Source of the DNA: Isurus oxyrinchus
Lineage: Eukaryota
Direction of reading: 5' to 3'
Assembly (NCBI GenBank): GCA_026770705.1
Contig: JANJGN010000008.1
Location: 87,110,001 to 87,174,000 of the forward strand
Length of the DNA stretch: 64,000 nt
Positions 1 to 12,566 of the stretch are shown here, one piece after another. Each line of letters begins with the position of its first letter. The first letter of the stretch is position 1. The notes under the pieces are model-generated. The model worked only from the letters and a program-made list of their open reading frames with translations, ran no database searches and was not told where the DNA came from. Position numbers and translations under genes: made by a program.

Positions 1-52
1 GTTGTAATTCCTGAAGAACAGATCACAATTGTCTATCATTGCTTTAATACAG
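1..52 (+). other. SYCE3: Probable 5' non-coding exon of SYCE3 (5' end outside window)
   Basis: Strong donor CAG|GTAAGT at 52/53, then a 64-nt intron (53-116) ending in a T-rich tract and tgtag immediately before the SYCE3 ATG at 117. Its only open frame is out of phase with the SYCE3 CDS, so it is read as UTR. Confidence 0.6.
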
Positions 53-116
53 GTAAGTTGTTATGTATAATCTTAAATTATTTCTGAAAATTATTGTGCT
101 CTCAATTTTTTTGTAG

Positions 117-219
117 ATGGCAGAAGGTATACCATGCACTCATGAAGACATCATAAAGTTTCTTGAAGATATGCGTGTTAAATTGGAAGAAAAGTTAAAT
201 GAATTGGAGATGTTGTCAG
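117..219 (+). CDS. SYCE3: SYCE3 first coding exon: MAEGIPCTHEDIIKFLEDMRVKLEEKLNELEMLS + 1 nt (phase 1)
   Basis: Acceptor ttttttgtag|ATG and donor CAG|gtgcag; 103 nt = 34 codons + 1. The heptad-like helix aligns with the recalled mammalian SYCE3 N-helix (…MLKMLSDLNKDLEKLLEEMEKIS) and splices in frame to 12397. Confidence 0.9.
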
Positions 220-2260
220 GTGCAGTTTGTTACTGCCTATGATTAGATTTTAGAATATTTTATAAGAAATATAGTGATATCCATATCCATACTTTGATGA
301 GTTTCCAGAGTTTGAGAAAAGAGTTCTGAGAACATTGAAGTGAGAGGTTCAGGGAATGGTTCAGGACCCAAGGTGTGACATCACTGAGGAAGAGCTCCTC
401 TGTTTAGTCATATTAAGAAGGGAGTTCACAAGGTCTAAATGCATTGGAAGCAATCCTGAACTTGGGAGGCATTAGTTGGCAAACTTCTTTAAAATGCAGG
501 GTCATATTAATAGTACATGTGTAGCTATGAATACTCTTAAAAACTAACCCACTGGTAGGCTTTCATTCCATTGACTTTCGATAGCTGGCCGGTGCATGCT
601 CTTGGTGAGAGAGTAGGTTGTGTTTGATCTTCTTGTTAGCCTTATTCTGCATATTCCACTCAATAGAACAAAGTTACACACTGTTGCGCCACAGTTGGGA
701 TCTGGTGTCTTGAACAACATTCTTTGAACCAGCAATACCTCAAAAAAGATTAATTGATCATCTTACTTATTGATTGTTGGACCTTACTGTAAACAAATTA
801 GCTATAAGGTTTTCCCACATAATAATGACAGGACTATAACAGTCATTATTTGGCTGTGAATTATGTTTGGATATCCTGAGGATGTGCAAGTGAAAATTAT
901 TTATTTCTGTAAAGCAATAGTGGTTTGAACTGTAAAATGTATTCCAGTACCTGTATTGAGTTTAGCAATAGCACCACCAAGTGGTGGAAGTCAAGAATTA
1001 CAGCAGTATAACCATACATCTAATTCAATTTACAATTGTTTGTATTATAGTAACATGGGGATACATCTACTGTGTATGTGATGACTCATATCATGGCACT
1101 ACTACACTTATTCACAAAGCCCTTGGAAAATGTTCCATGTCACATTTACAGCTGATTAGTTCATGGACAAATTTATTTCATCACTCTGTTGCCTATAACT
1201 AGTACTTTTAAAAAATCTATAATTTTCCTTCTTGCTATGCATTAAACTGTTACCCAGATTCCTACCCTGCCCTCTTGTCATCTTTTAATTGAGGGAAGTA
1301 TTTATGTAACTACCACCATTTTAATATTCTTCTAGGTCAGCACCATGTTGCACAGGCTTCACCTGATGCCTACCTTTTTCATTCCATGTGATGAGCTCCT
1401 GTTCCAATTAGCTCTCTCTCATCACTTAATTTTTAACCTTTTTTTATTTAAGTGGCTGAAACACTGATGAATAGTAAAGGCTAGAGCATAGTACATTCAT
1501 AGTCAATTGATGGAATAAATATTAAAGGGGACAAATTTAATCTCGGTCTACAGCACCTGCATAAATCACTCAATGCACGGTTTTCAAACACCTGATTTTT
1601 ACATTGTTGAACCTGTCTGTTTTTCTGGATTCAGCTTATCTCATACTGTGGTTGTGACCCAAACATGATGAAGAACTTCTTGGTGTTCGCCCAGTTGGGA
1701 ACTGAATTCACATGCTGCTTAAAGGCCTCAGGAGTATTTCACAATGTCCTTGTATCAACTCATGGCAGTAACAGGACACTGCTGTTTGAAGAAAAAGCTA
1801 AGAAATGTTTGTGTAACAATTGGTTTGTCGTGTCAAGGGCAGCAGCATTGTGTAGAGAACGTGAATTTAGTGCTGGGTAAAGTTCAATAACACTAAAATG
1901 AGTGGAAATGTAAGGGATCATACTGACATCAGTTATACAGTGCAACAAAAACTAAACGATCCTTTCTTATGTTATTCTTATGCTATTTATCTGACTTGCT
2001 CCAATTTTCCATTAGGTGCACTACACTTCCTACCACTCTTTCCTAACACCACCTCTATCAATGAGTCTCTGTAGTATCTGCTAACGTTCATGTATAGCAA
2101 TTACATAATGTTTTATTCTGTCATCCAAAACTCACAAATAGCCACCTGATAAATAGGTTTTGTTGTACGTGATATCACCAACATCAGTTGTTCACTGTAT
2201 TAGGCCTCTGCTTTTGAATGATAGAAACTATACAACAAGCGCAAGGATAAAAACAAGGAG

Positions 2261-5200
2261 AAAAAAAATATACCTAGAAAAACTCAGCAGGTCTGACAGC
2301 ATCTGCGGAGAGGGATACAGTTGACGTTTCGAGTCCATATGACCCTTCATCAGAACTAAGACATATAGAAATGAGATGAAATATAAGCTGGTGGAAGGGG
2401 GTGGGACAGGAGTGCTCAACAGGGGGCCAGTGATAGGTGGAGGCCAAGAAGAGACTGCCAAAGATGCCATAGACAAAAGGACAAAGGGGTGTTGATGGTG
2501 GTGATATTATCTAAAGGATGTGCTAATGGGGACATTAAGGGAAGCAAGCTAGTGGCAGATGCCCTAGTGCGGGTGGGGTGAGGGGAATGGATCGAAATTG
2601 GTTAAAAGGTGGAGATGAAACAATAGATTGAAATAAATTTAAAAATAGGATGGAAGAGAAAAAAATAGTTGTAAAAAAAATTATAAATTATTGGGAAAAG
2701 GTGGATGGGAAAGTGGGTGGGGAAAGAGGAGAGAGTTCACGAGCTGAAACTGTTGAACTCAATATTAAGTCTGGAAGACTGTAAAGTGCCTAGTCAGAAG
2801 ATGAGGTGCTGTTCCTCCAGTTTGCGTTGAGCTTCACTGGAACATTGCAGCAGGCCAAGGATGGACATGTGGGCATGAGAGCAGGGTGGTGTGTTGAAAT
2901 TGCAAGCAACAGGGAGGTCTGGGTCATGCTTGTAGACAGACTGAAGGTGTTCCGCAAAGCGGTCATCCAGTCTGCGATTGGTCTCTCCAACGTAGAGGAG
3001 ACTGCATTGGGAGCAGCAAATGCAGTAGACTAAATTGAGGGAAGTGCAAGCGAAGTGCTGCTTCACTTGAAAGTTGTTTGGACCCTTGGACGGTGAGGAG
3101 GGGGTAAGTAAAGGGGCACATGTTGCACCTACTGCAGTTGCATGGGAAGGTGCCGTGAGAGGGGGTTGAGGTGTAGGGGGTGATGGAGGAGTGGACCCGG
3201 GTATCCCAGAGGGAACGATCCCTGTGGAAAGCTGCCCGGGGTTGTAAACGGAAGATGTGTTTGGTAGGGGCAACATGCTGGAAATGACGGAGGATGATCC
3301 TTTGAGTGCAGAGGCTGGTGGGGTGATAAGTGAGGACAAGGGGGACCCTATCATGGTTCTGGGAGGGAGAGGAAGGTGTGAGGGCGGATGCGTGGGAGAT
3401 GGGCTGGACACGGATGAGGGCCCTGTCAACCACCGTGGGTGGTAAACCTCGCTTAAAGAAGAAGGAAGACATGTCAGAGGAACTGTTTTGGAAAGTGGCA
3501 TCATCAGAACAGATACGATGGAGGCGAAGGAACTGAGAGAATGGGATGGAGTCCTTACAGGAAGTGGGATGTGAGGAGCTATAGTCGAGGTAGCTGTGGG
3601 AGTCGATAGGTTTGTAATGAATATTGGTGGACAGTCTTTCACCAGAAATTGACAGAGAGGTCAAGGAAGGGAAGGGAAGTGTCAGTGATGGACCATGTGA
3701 AAATGATGATGGGGTGGAAATTGGAAGCAAAATTAGTAAATTTTTCCAGATCCAGATGAGAGCATGAAGCGGCACTGAAGCAGTCATCAATGTACCGGAG
3801 AAAGAGTTGTGGGAGGGGGCCTAAGTAGGACTGGAACAAGGAATTTTCCACATATCCCATAAAGAGACAGGCATCACTGGGGCCCATGTGGGTACCCGTA
3901 GCTGCACCTTTTATTTGGGGGAAGTGAGATAAGTTTAAGGAGAAATTGTTCAGTGAGAGTACAAGTTCAGCCAGACGGAGGAGAGTAGTGGTGGATGGGG
4001 ATTGTTTGGGCCTCTGTTCGAGGAAGAAGCGGAGAGCCCTCAGACCATCCCAGTGGGGGATGGAGGTGTAGAGGGATTGGATATCCATTCATTACAAGCC
4101 TACTGACTCCCACAGCTACCTCAACTACAGCTCCTCACACCCCGCTTCCTGTAAGGACTCCATCCCATTCTCTCAGTTCCTTTGCCTCCGTCGCATCTGT
4201 TCTTCTGTTCTTCTTCTTCATGTCTTCCTTCTTCCTTAACCGAGATTTTCCACCCATGGTGGTTGACAGGGCCCTTAACAGTGTCCGGCCCATCTCCCGC
4301 ACATCCACCCTCACACCTTCCTCTCCCTCCCAGAACCATGATAGGGTCCCCCTTGCCCTCACTTATCACCCCACCAGCCTCCACGTTCAAAGGATTATCC
4401 TCCGCCATTTCCGCCAACTCCAGCATGATGCCACTACCAAACACATCTTCCGTTCACCCCCTCCCGGCAGCTTTCCGCAGGGATCGTTCCCTCCGGGACA
4501 CCCTAGCCCACTCCTCCATCACCCCCTACACCTCAACCCCCTCCCACAGCACCTTCCCATGCAAGCGCAGAAGGTGCAACACCTGCCCCTTTACTTCCCC
4601 CTTGCTCACTGTCCAAGGGCCCAAACACACCTTTAAAGTGAAGCAGCACTTCACTTGCACTTCCCTCAATTTAATCTACTGCATTCGCTGCTCCCAATGT
4701 GGTCTCCTCTACATTGGAGAGACCAAACACAGACTGGGTGACCGCTTTGCGAAACACCTTCAGTCTGTCTGCAAGCATGACCCAGACCTCCCTGTCGCTA
4801 TCAATTTTAACACACCACCTTGCTCTCATGCCCACATGTCCGAGCTTGGCCTGCTGCAATTTTCCAGTGAAGCTCAATGCAAACTGGAGGAACAGCACCT
4901 CATCTTCTGACTAGGCACTTTACAGTCTTTCAGACTTAATATTGAGTTCAGCAATTTCAGATCATGAACTCTCTCCTCCATCCCCTCCCCTTTTCCAATC
5001 TCCCTTTTTCCAATAATTTATAATTTTTTTTACAACTTTTTTTTCTCTTCCCTCCTATTTTTAAATTAATTTCAATCTATTGTTTCAACACCACCTTTTA
5101 GTCCATTTCGATCCATTCCCCCACCCCACCTGCACCAGGTCCACCTGCCACTAGCTTGCTTCCCTTAATGTCCCCATTAGCACATCCTTTAGATAATATC

Positions 5201-5467
5201 ACCACCATCAACACCCCTTTGTCCTTTTATCCATGACAGTCTCTTCTTGGCCTCCACCTATCACTAGCCCCCTATCGAGCTCTCCTGTCCCACCCCCTTC
5301 TACCAGCTTATATTTCAACTCATTTTTATGTCTTAGTTCTATGAAGGGTCATACGGACTCGCAATGTCAACTGTATCTCTCTTCGCAGATGCTGTCAGAC
5401 CTGCTGAGTTTTTCTAGGTATTTCTGTTTTTGTTCTAGATTTCCAGCATCCGCAGTATTTTGCTTTT
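2261..5467. mobile_element. Penelope-like retroelement, inverted (palindromic) insertion: minus arm 2261-~4086 (RT C-terminus + GIY-YIG endonuclease) and plus arm ~4087-5467
   Basis: Frameshifted ORFs carry PLE RT motifs (MDIQSLYTSIPH, QIKGAATGT, LRYIDDCF) and GIY-YIG motifs (LVYCICC…LYVGETNRRL…RFAEH…EEQHLI). The two arms are reverse complements. A 14-bp TSD flanks it: ATAAAAACAAGGAG (2247-2260) / ATAAAAATAAGGAG (5468-5481). Confidence 0.9.
2319..2357 (-). ncRNA. Minimal type I hammerhead ribozyme in the Penelope 3' tail (best-preserved copy)
   Basis: Minus strand reads AGUU-CUGAUGA-A-GGGUC(AUAUG)GACUC-GAAA-C-GUC-AACU. It has the conserved CUGANGA and GAAA cores, a 5-bp stem II, stem I AGUU/AACU, a very short stem III and a GUC cleavage triplet. 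Confidence 0.8.
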
Positions 5468-5597
5468 ATAAAAATAAGGAGGACTGGTAAAGTTGCTTGC
5501 CCTCATTTTTGCAAAGCAGATCAAAAATGCACTTATAAGACTTTGGAGGGGGAGATAGAGAAAGCAGGAAACCTAACCTTAGCTTTGGGTTTGTGAC

Positions 5598-8248
5598 TGT
5601 TTGGGTTTTGAAATGTAACCAGTCTGATTGTTGCATCTGGTTTTCCATAGTCATATGACAGTGCCATGAGGCTGCTTCTGGAGGCAGACACCTTAGAACA
5701 GTTCAATAAAGACTGTTGCTGAGACAAAACACTGAAGAAGACTGCTGTCCTTATACATGAAACATGATGTCAGAAAGTAGAGAAAAAATAGCTTTTTCAA
5801 CCCTGGAAATGATACAGAGAAGATACCGAGAACCCAAGAACACAGAAAGGTTCAAATCTGCAAAAAAAAACAGCTACTGAGTAAAGGACAAAAAGAAAAG
5901 CTGAAAGTACAATACTGGCTACAGAGAAGACACAACTAAGAAAGGCACACAGCAAAGTTCAAAGCTGCTGCAAAAGGACAAAGGCAAAGCAGACATGAAA
6001 GGACAAAAGGAACACAAACAAAGGCTGCAAGTAAATTAGTGAGTGAGTAAAAATGGCTGCAGTAAATTTTCCACTTCCCTCCAGTTGAAATGAACTGGCA
6101 GTTTTTCCACTTATAATGGAAAAACTATGAGCTGGCAACATACATAATTAATGAGCCCGAACTGATAAGAGTAGCCACATTTTTAATACTGATGGGGAGG
6201 GACTGCTACAAAGTGGATACCACCCTAAATCTAACTGATGAGCAAAGAAAACAGTAGAAAATTTGAACACCTTGAATGTACATTTTGAACCCCTGAGCGA
6301 ATGTTACATATGAATATTATGTCTTCAACACTAGAGGTCAGAGTGAAAACAAGACCATTGAATGGTATGTGACAGCAGTAACATAACTGGCAGAATCATG
6401 TGAATTTGGACAGCTAAAAGATGATCTGATTAAAGATAGATTAGTCTTAGGCATGAGAGACTTCTCAGTGAGAGCAAGTCTGCTAAAAGATGAGAAGCTA
6501 ACGCTAAAGAAAGCGATAGATGTGTTGAAATGAGGAAGTTGTGAAATGTCAGCTAAAGCATATATATAGCAGAGCAGACCAGGAGATACATTATGCTGAG
6601 AGACAGTCTGAGCCAACAGAGCGGAACAATTGCGGGCAAAGGGCAGAACGCAAATACTGTGGAGGACAACATAAACAGGGAAAGAAGGATTGCTCCACGT
6701 GGGAAAGCAGTTTTTTTAACTGCAAGAAGCAGAATCATTTCGCACAAAGAAAGAAGCAAAACAAGCCTATAAATATGGCCATAGGAGAGATATCAGCGAA
6801 TGAGTCTGATGAACAACTATATACCATACAACATGTTGATTCAATCAAGTTCATAGGTGACAAGTGGTTTGTGACTGTTCCCATGATGACTGCAGAGGGA
6901 GAGTGTCAGGTTAACAAGAAATGCCAAATAGACACTGTGCATCACGCAACATAATGACCTTCATATATCTGTGTGAAGTGGCTCAACATGGCGATCTGAA
7001 AATGAAGCCTTCAAAAGTAAGACTGAGGCTATATCATGGCATGCTACTCAGACCAAGAGAACAAATTAGCCTGATAACGCAATGCAATGGCAAGAAGTAC
7101 GGTTTGGAGTTCTGGATCATAATGGCATGCAACGGCCACTCATCTCAGCTGAGGCAAGTCTAAAGCTTGGACTAATAACCCTAAGTATGCCACAAGGAAA
7201 GGGAAACAAAAGGTTCCAGAGCAAGGGAAACAATATGTAAGTAAACCACAAGATGGTTGCTGACCAAGGAAATGCAGAAGCAGAAAGTAAATGAAGCAGT
7301 TCTACAGAAAAACATACACCTCGTAGCTGAACTGGAAGACTTGAAGGGCAAGATTCCAGCAGAGTATATACTGTTAAAAATGCACTATAAACTGAATCAT
7401 ACTGTGCAAGATCAAAACACACAAATTTCAGAGACAACACTAAGGTATCAGGAGGAAAGAATGACCCACAATTTCATAGTTGGTAACTCAAAGTGGGAGT
7501 TTAAAAAATTCAACCAGATGTATGGCCAGATAAAACGGTAGGCAGAAAAGACCTTGAAAAACTCCTTGAAGAATCAATATGTAGTCATAGAAAAACATGA
7601 GGATCCAGTCAGGGTATGAGCCCTCAATGCTCTCAACAGGAGTCAGCCCATGTGTAAACTTGGGAGTGAAGCTGTTCCTTCACTGCAATCGGCCGGTCAG
7701 AGAGCAGGGATCTCATCAGCTGTACTGAATATAGAATCTTCATCAATACTAGAGGTCCACATGTTCCCAAAAACGCCAGTGGAATAACAACAGTCATCAA
7801 GGCAACAAGGGCCAAGGAAACGACATTCTCAGGACAAAGAACATCACCCAGACAAATAGCCAATGTAACCGCGCATGCACACCATTAAGAAACCTGCACG
7901 ATTTAAAGACTGTGCACAATGCATGTGCAGTGACTGACTAATAGAACAAGCAGTGGTTAATGCATGAGAACAGTGGGTGTATTGTGGGTAACTCACAGTT
8001 GCACAGGATTGTGCAAGCAATAGTGTCTTTTGTTCACTAGGAAAAGGGGGATGCTTGTATCTTTTGTTCGATATGAAAAGGGAGATGTTTGGGTTTTGAA
8101 ATTAATCAGTCTGATTGTTACATCTGGTTTCCTGTAGTCATGTGACTATACCACGAGGCTGCCTCTGGAGACAGACATCTTAGAATAGTTCAGGAAAGAC
8201 TCTCACTGAGACAAGACACTAATGAAGACTGCTGTCCTTACACATGAA
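5598..8248 (+). mobile_element. Internally deleted, degenerate Gypsy-type LTR retrotransposon
   Basis: Direct LTRs at 5598-5764 (TG…CA) and 8086-8248. PBS-like TGATGTCAGAAAG follows the 5' LTR and PPT GAAAAGGGAGA precedes the 3' LTR. 5-bp TSD GTGAC/GTGGC. Gag remnants (IKDRLVLG, CKYCGGQH…C knuckle) and a protease-like CQIDT are present; no recognisable RT or integrase. Confidence 0.82.
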
Positions 8249-10379
8249 GTGGCACATATCCTTCATATCATATTCCTATAATGGAGCCACGATCTGACCT
8301 TGAAGCATACATTCAATGGCAGGTTTATCCCACCAAAATAGGCAAAGGTTGCATGCAAGGAGGTTATATTGACACATTGGTAGCACTTTTTCTTCTGTTT
8401 CTGCAGATATGACAGTGGAAGCTGAAACATAGAGCAATGACTAACAATAACCATGCACCTCAGAGCACATCATTTTAACCTCATCCTGACAAGCACTAAC
8501 ATAGGTACATTCACCCTGGGGGATTTAGAAAGTAAGTTTGATAAGAGTACACTGATTAAAACAGAGAACAAATGGAGGAAGCAGCTGGTCAGAGCATGAG
8601 ATTGCATCCATCCACAACTGATGAGGGCCTAAATCCTGATTTCTGAGGTCCTACTTTTAAAAGGATTCCTCCTGGATAGGAGTATGCCTACTGAGTTTAA
8701 TCACATAGTGATTAGTGTGGAGAATTCTATACACGCGCAGTATGTTCAGAAAGGAGGCCAACATGCTGGCATGCACTAGAGTCAGAGAGACATCACATCT
8801 TGATAAATTGTAGCACTTGACGTGTGTGCAGGTAGTTTCATTTGTACGTCTTCAAGAAATACATATGCAGTTGCATAGAGTGGCATGACTGGCAGAGTAC
8901 TGCAGCTGGATCCTCTGCCTCTTTAGTGGCATTTAGTTGGTGATGCTCTGTGGCTTGTTCTAATTGCTTCATGTGGATCCCTTGTTGAAGAGTGACATTA
9001 TGCAACATGAAACACACCACAATGATTCATTTGGTCATGGGACTTCGACCAGACTACTGGAGAACATTTCTGTTACATTTTCTAACCACCTTATTCTTAA
9101 TTATTTTTAGCTATCCCATGTTTAATTATTCTCACTGTTGAGTCTTAACTCCCCATAACTTTTATTTGACATGTAGGTAAGCTTTATGTAATGTACTCAA
9201 GATAACAAGCAGTAAAACCTGCTAATTATTCTTAACCTGCTGGAATTTATCTAGTTTCTCTATAGGATATTTCTCCAGTTTCCACAAGTAATAGAACAAG
9301 AAGCAACATGATTAAAGCTATGAAGCAAAGCACTATAAAGAAATAAATTCTTTCTAGATTATAGATGAAGACAAACACTGTCTCTTGATTCCACACTTGC
9401 AGTACCAGCTCATATTGACACTACGCATAAGTTAGAGGAAAGCGTAGAGGCTGGAACTGCATGTGGTGAGACACTAGGTATGAGCCGGTTCCAGCCAGTG
9501 CAAGGGGCGAGTAGAACAGTTGCCAGCTCACTGTAGGGTGAGGTCACACACCAGTTCTGCTGCAGAGAACTAGATTAACACCTTGATGGGATGGTTTGCA
9601 AAAGAAAGCTGATGGGTATGCACACTCAGCTTGCTGCCACACAAGCTCAGACTGCTACAATTATAGGTGTGTATACCAGTGCTGCAAAGGGTTTTGCAAG
9701 CTCTTAGAGCAGTCCAGTAACCTGTTCTCTTAACAGATTTCTAGGTTTGCTGATGTGTCATCCCTTTAGAGTGGTAGTGGTTCTGTGGAACAGGAACCTG
9801 CTGTGCTCTTTCAGGGTGACAATACTTGCCCTCCTACCACAACCGTTCCACCAGTTCCTTTGCTGCTGTAAGCCAGCCAACCCAGACTGCTGTTGCCCAT
9901 GCAGATGTAGTGCAATCCAAAGCTGGGGCTAAGGGCCAGAGCTGCTTGAAGCTGTCCTACAGGACCATCTGCAGTACCCCCAACTGAAAGTCTGCAGCTT
10001 TCCCCCAACCATATTGTAACCACTAGAGTAGCACTGCATAGGAGCAGTAGGACAAGCAAAGACACAAAGGGAGTGCACCAGGGTGATGAGTTAATTTTTA
10101 TGTGCAAAATTGAATGATTTGATTTATAAATTTGGTTAGAATGTTTTGTGTCCAAGAGGACCCTGAGGAATGGTGAGGTGTGGGACTGTTGGTGAATGTA
10201 GAATTTGGGTTGCTTTCACTGGTACTGCAGTCAGATGAGCCAATCACAGACAGTCTGGCCAGGAAGTGAATCTGTTAGTTGCCTCCTCCCTTACTTCTCC
10301 TTCTCAACTGTTCCCTGTACAGCTTATGGCAAGGGCTATGACCTCATAATGGCGAAGTGCAGGACACAGTAGACCAAAA

Positions 10380-10720
10380 TGAATTGTGACATATGCTCTT
10401 GAGTTTACAGCAGGATTCCTTCAGAGTGGCCTAGGCAGCAGATGCGCCAGTGATATGTTTGATGACATTTAATTTGGCAACATGGGGGTTTTCGTTATAT
10501 GCATGTTGACCATGTCTTCCTGGATGATGAGCCAGTGGATAGCCCTGGTTGCCCAATAGCCACCCTTTGGTTTCTTGTTGTGGTTCAAATACAGTTGGTG
10601 CAGTGGGCCACCATAGAATGCTGCCAGGATAATGGACATTGAACTGCATGATGTGCTGAATATGGCCAAATCCCAGTTGGATATTGAGAAAGTGGAATTC
10701 CTTCCAATTGAAGTGCATCT
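10380..10720 (-). mobile_element. Degenerate PIF/Harbinger (HARBI1-like DDE) transposase fragment
   Basis: ORF 10431-10718 has NxKxFHxLNIQL, YPGS and WLLGNQGYPL motifs, the same motifs seen in the transposase at 37663-38740. Confidence 0.65.
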
Positions 10721-12396
10721 CAGAATTTAATTGCAGTCAAAAATATACCTACACAAAAAGTCCTTCTTAGGTCAAGTAGTGAACAATCACAATTTGTAGC
10801 AAAAACTCTAGATTATGGGCAGAATTTACTGCAGCCCCCTCTTCTTGCCAGAGGCAAGTTCGGAATAGAGGGGAGGGTGTAAGGTGGGCACCCCACCATC
10901 TCCCTGCCTTCCCTTGATCAAACTTTGAGCAGGAAGGTGGAGGGCAGCCTTCCGACCCGGAGCCAATTGAGGCTCTTGAGTAGTTACTTAATGCTTTGCT
11001 GCTATTCAACCAGCAGTGGGTGGGGAACTCACCATGCAGGAAGGTGCACAGTAACCTTGTCCGCCTTCCAGGTGGGAGAACTTCTCTTTCTCATGCACAG
11101 TATGTCCGATTGGAGGACCCAGCATTGCGAAGTGGGGAGCCTGGAGGACCCAACATCAGGAAATGGAACCGTTGGAGCCCACCGCACTGTGCAAATTTCC
11201 GATCCCCTTTGCAGGCAACCCCCTCCCTGCAACCTCCATCCAACCAACACAAACCTCTATCTGGTGATCCAGCAGTGATCTTCAAGGTAAACCTGAATGT
11301 AGGAACAGCAGTGGCGACCACTCCCAATGGCGCTTCTGGTACTAGAGAGCTGCCAGCCTCTGATTGACTGACAGCTCTTGGGGATATGATTTTCACCTTA
11401 TTTGGCACTTGATTGCCTGGGAGGCCCGACGCTGTCTATGTATGTGCCTGATTGCCTCATAGTAGCCCCAGGCCTCCTGGAGCGAATCAACATGGGAGTC
11501 CTGTCTGTTCTGCAACTGGTGGGCAGGATCCCTGTTACCAACACTAAACTTCACCCAAATCTCCTCTCAACCTTGCTTTTGGTAAAGAGAATATCATGAA
11601 ATATGGGCACGTGGAGCAGTTGAAATTCTGTTTCACTTGAGTTAAATTTTAAAAAGTAGTTTGGAACTTTTTTCTCTAAAATATCACAAAATTCCTTGAA
11701 AATCACCTGCATGTTTATAATGACTAACTGCTTCAAGACTTCAAATACCTGTGTCTTCACTTTCACCTCTGCTACTGTCCACAGTGGCATCAAAACAATA
11801 TCACCTCAGTTTCCATCTCCAATATCCAGAGACCCCTTTAGAGGTATTGGTATTGGCCACATGCCAGAACTTATTACCATGTCTTTCATTGCAAAATGGT
11901 CAGGTGGATAAATCCTATCACGATCCATACCCAAGAATTTCTAGCACTGAGTCTAGCAGTTAACCAAATGACCTACCTGATCATCATTATAAGAATAGGC
12001 AGTTTGTTTTATTCTTGTGCAGTCTTGAAAACATGTTTGTTGTGTAAACAAAAACAGAAAATGCTGGAAAAACTCAGCAGGCCAAACAGCATCTGTGGAG
12101 AGAAAAAAAGAGTTAATGTTTCGAGTCTGTATGACTTCTTGTGTAGACATTAGTGTGTGGTATAAGGTTTTGAGGAGGAAGAAAAATATGTGAGAAAATT
12201 ACTCATATCTGCACAGATAGATCAGTGCTAAGGAAAAAGTGGCTTGATGGTTTTTATAATTAGGTTCAACCAAATGAAGATTGAAAACATTGCCATGAAT
12301 TGTGCAACAGTAATTATCATTAGTTAAGGAAGGTGCGTTATTAGATGAAGATTCTCTTATCTTTTTCTAATTAAATTATTTGTTAACATTTTCTAG

Positions 12397-12566
12397 TGCA
12401 AGCAACTTGTATGACCTATGACATGGTTACCCTGCGTACAGACCCCTCTGTCGTGGAATCAATGATACAATTAAATGAAGCATACCTGAATTGCAGAGAA
12501 TCAGTGGCAAAGGACTACAAAGAAATGCTAACCAAACCCAAAGAAAATGAATCAAAAACAGTTTGA
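12397..12566 (+). CDS. SYCE3: SYCE3 terminal coding exon: VQATCMTYDMVTLRTDPSVVESMIQLNEAYLNCRESVAKDYKEMLTKPKENESKTV*
   Basis: Acceptor ttttctag|TG; phase-1 join gives V. Ungapped match to recalled human VQATWMAYDMVVMRTNPTLAESMRRLEDAFVNCKEEMEKNWQELL. TGA at 12564-12566; total 90 aa; candidate polyA signal ATTAAA at 12769-12774. Confidence 0.93.

Noticed and set aside
2794-4910. Long Pro/Ser/Thr-rich ORFs (282, 242, 213 aa) as mucin-like or novel proteins
   Set aside because: They are off-frame readings of frameshifted Penelope RT/GIY-YIG sequence.
11551-12000. Minus-strand ORF (WTVAEVKVKTQVFEVLKQL…) as an Ig C exon or processed pseudogene
   Set aside because: It lacks the Ig C1 Cys/Trp spacing and matches no family I recognise.
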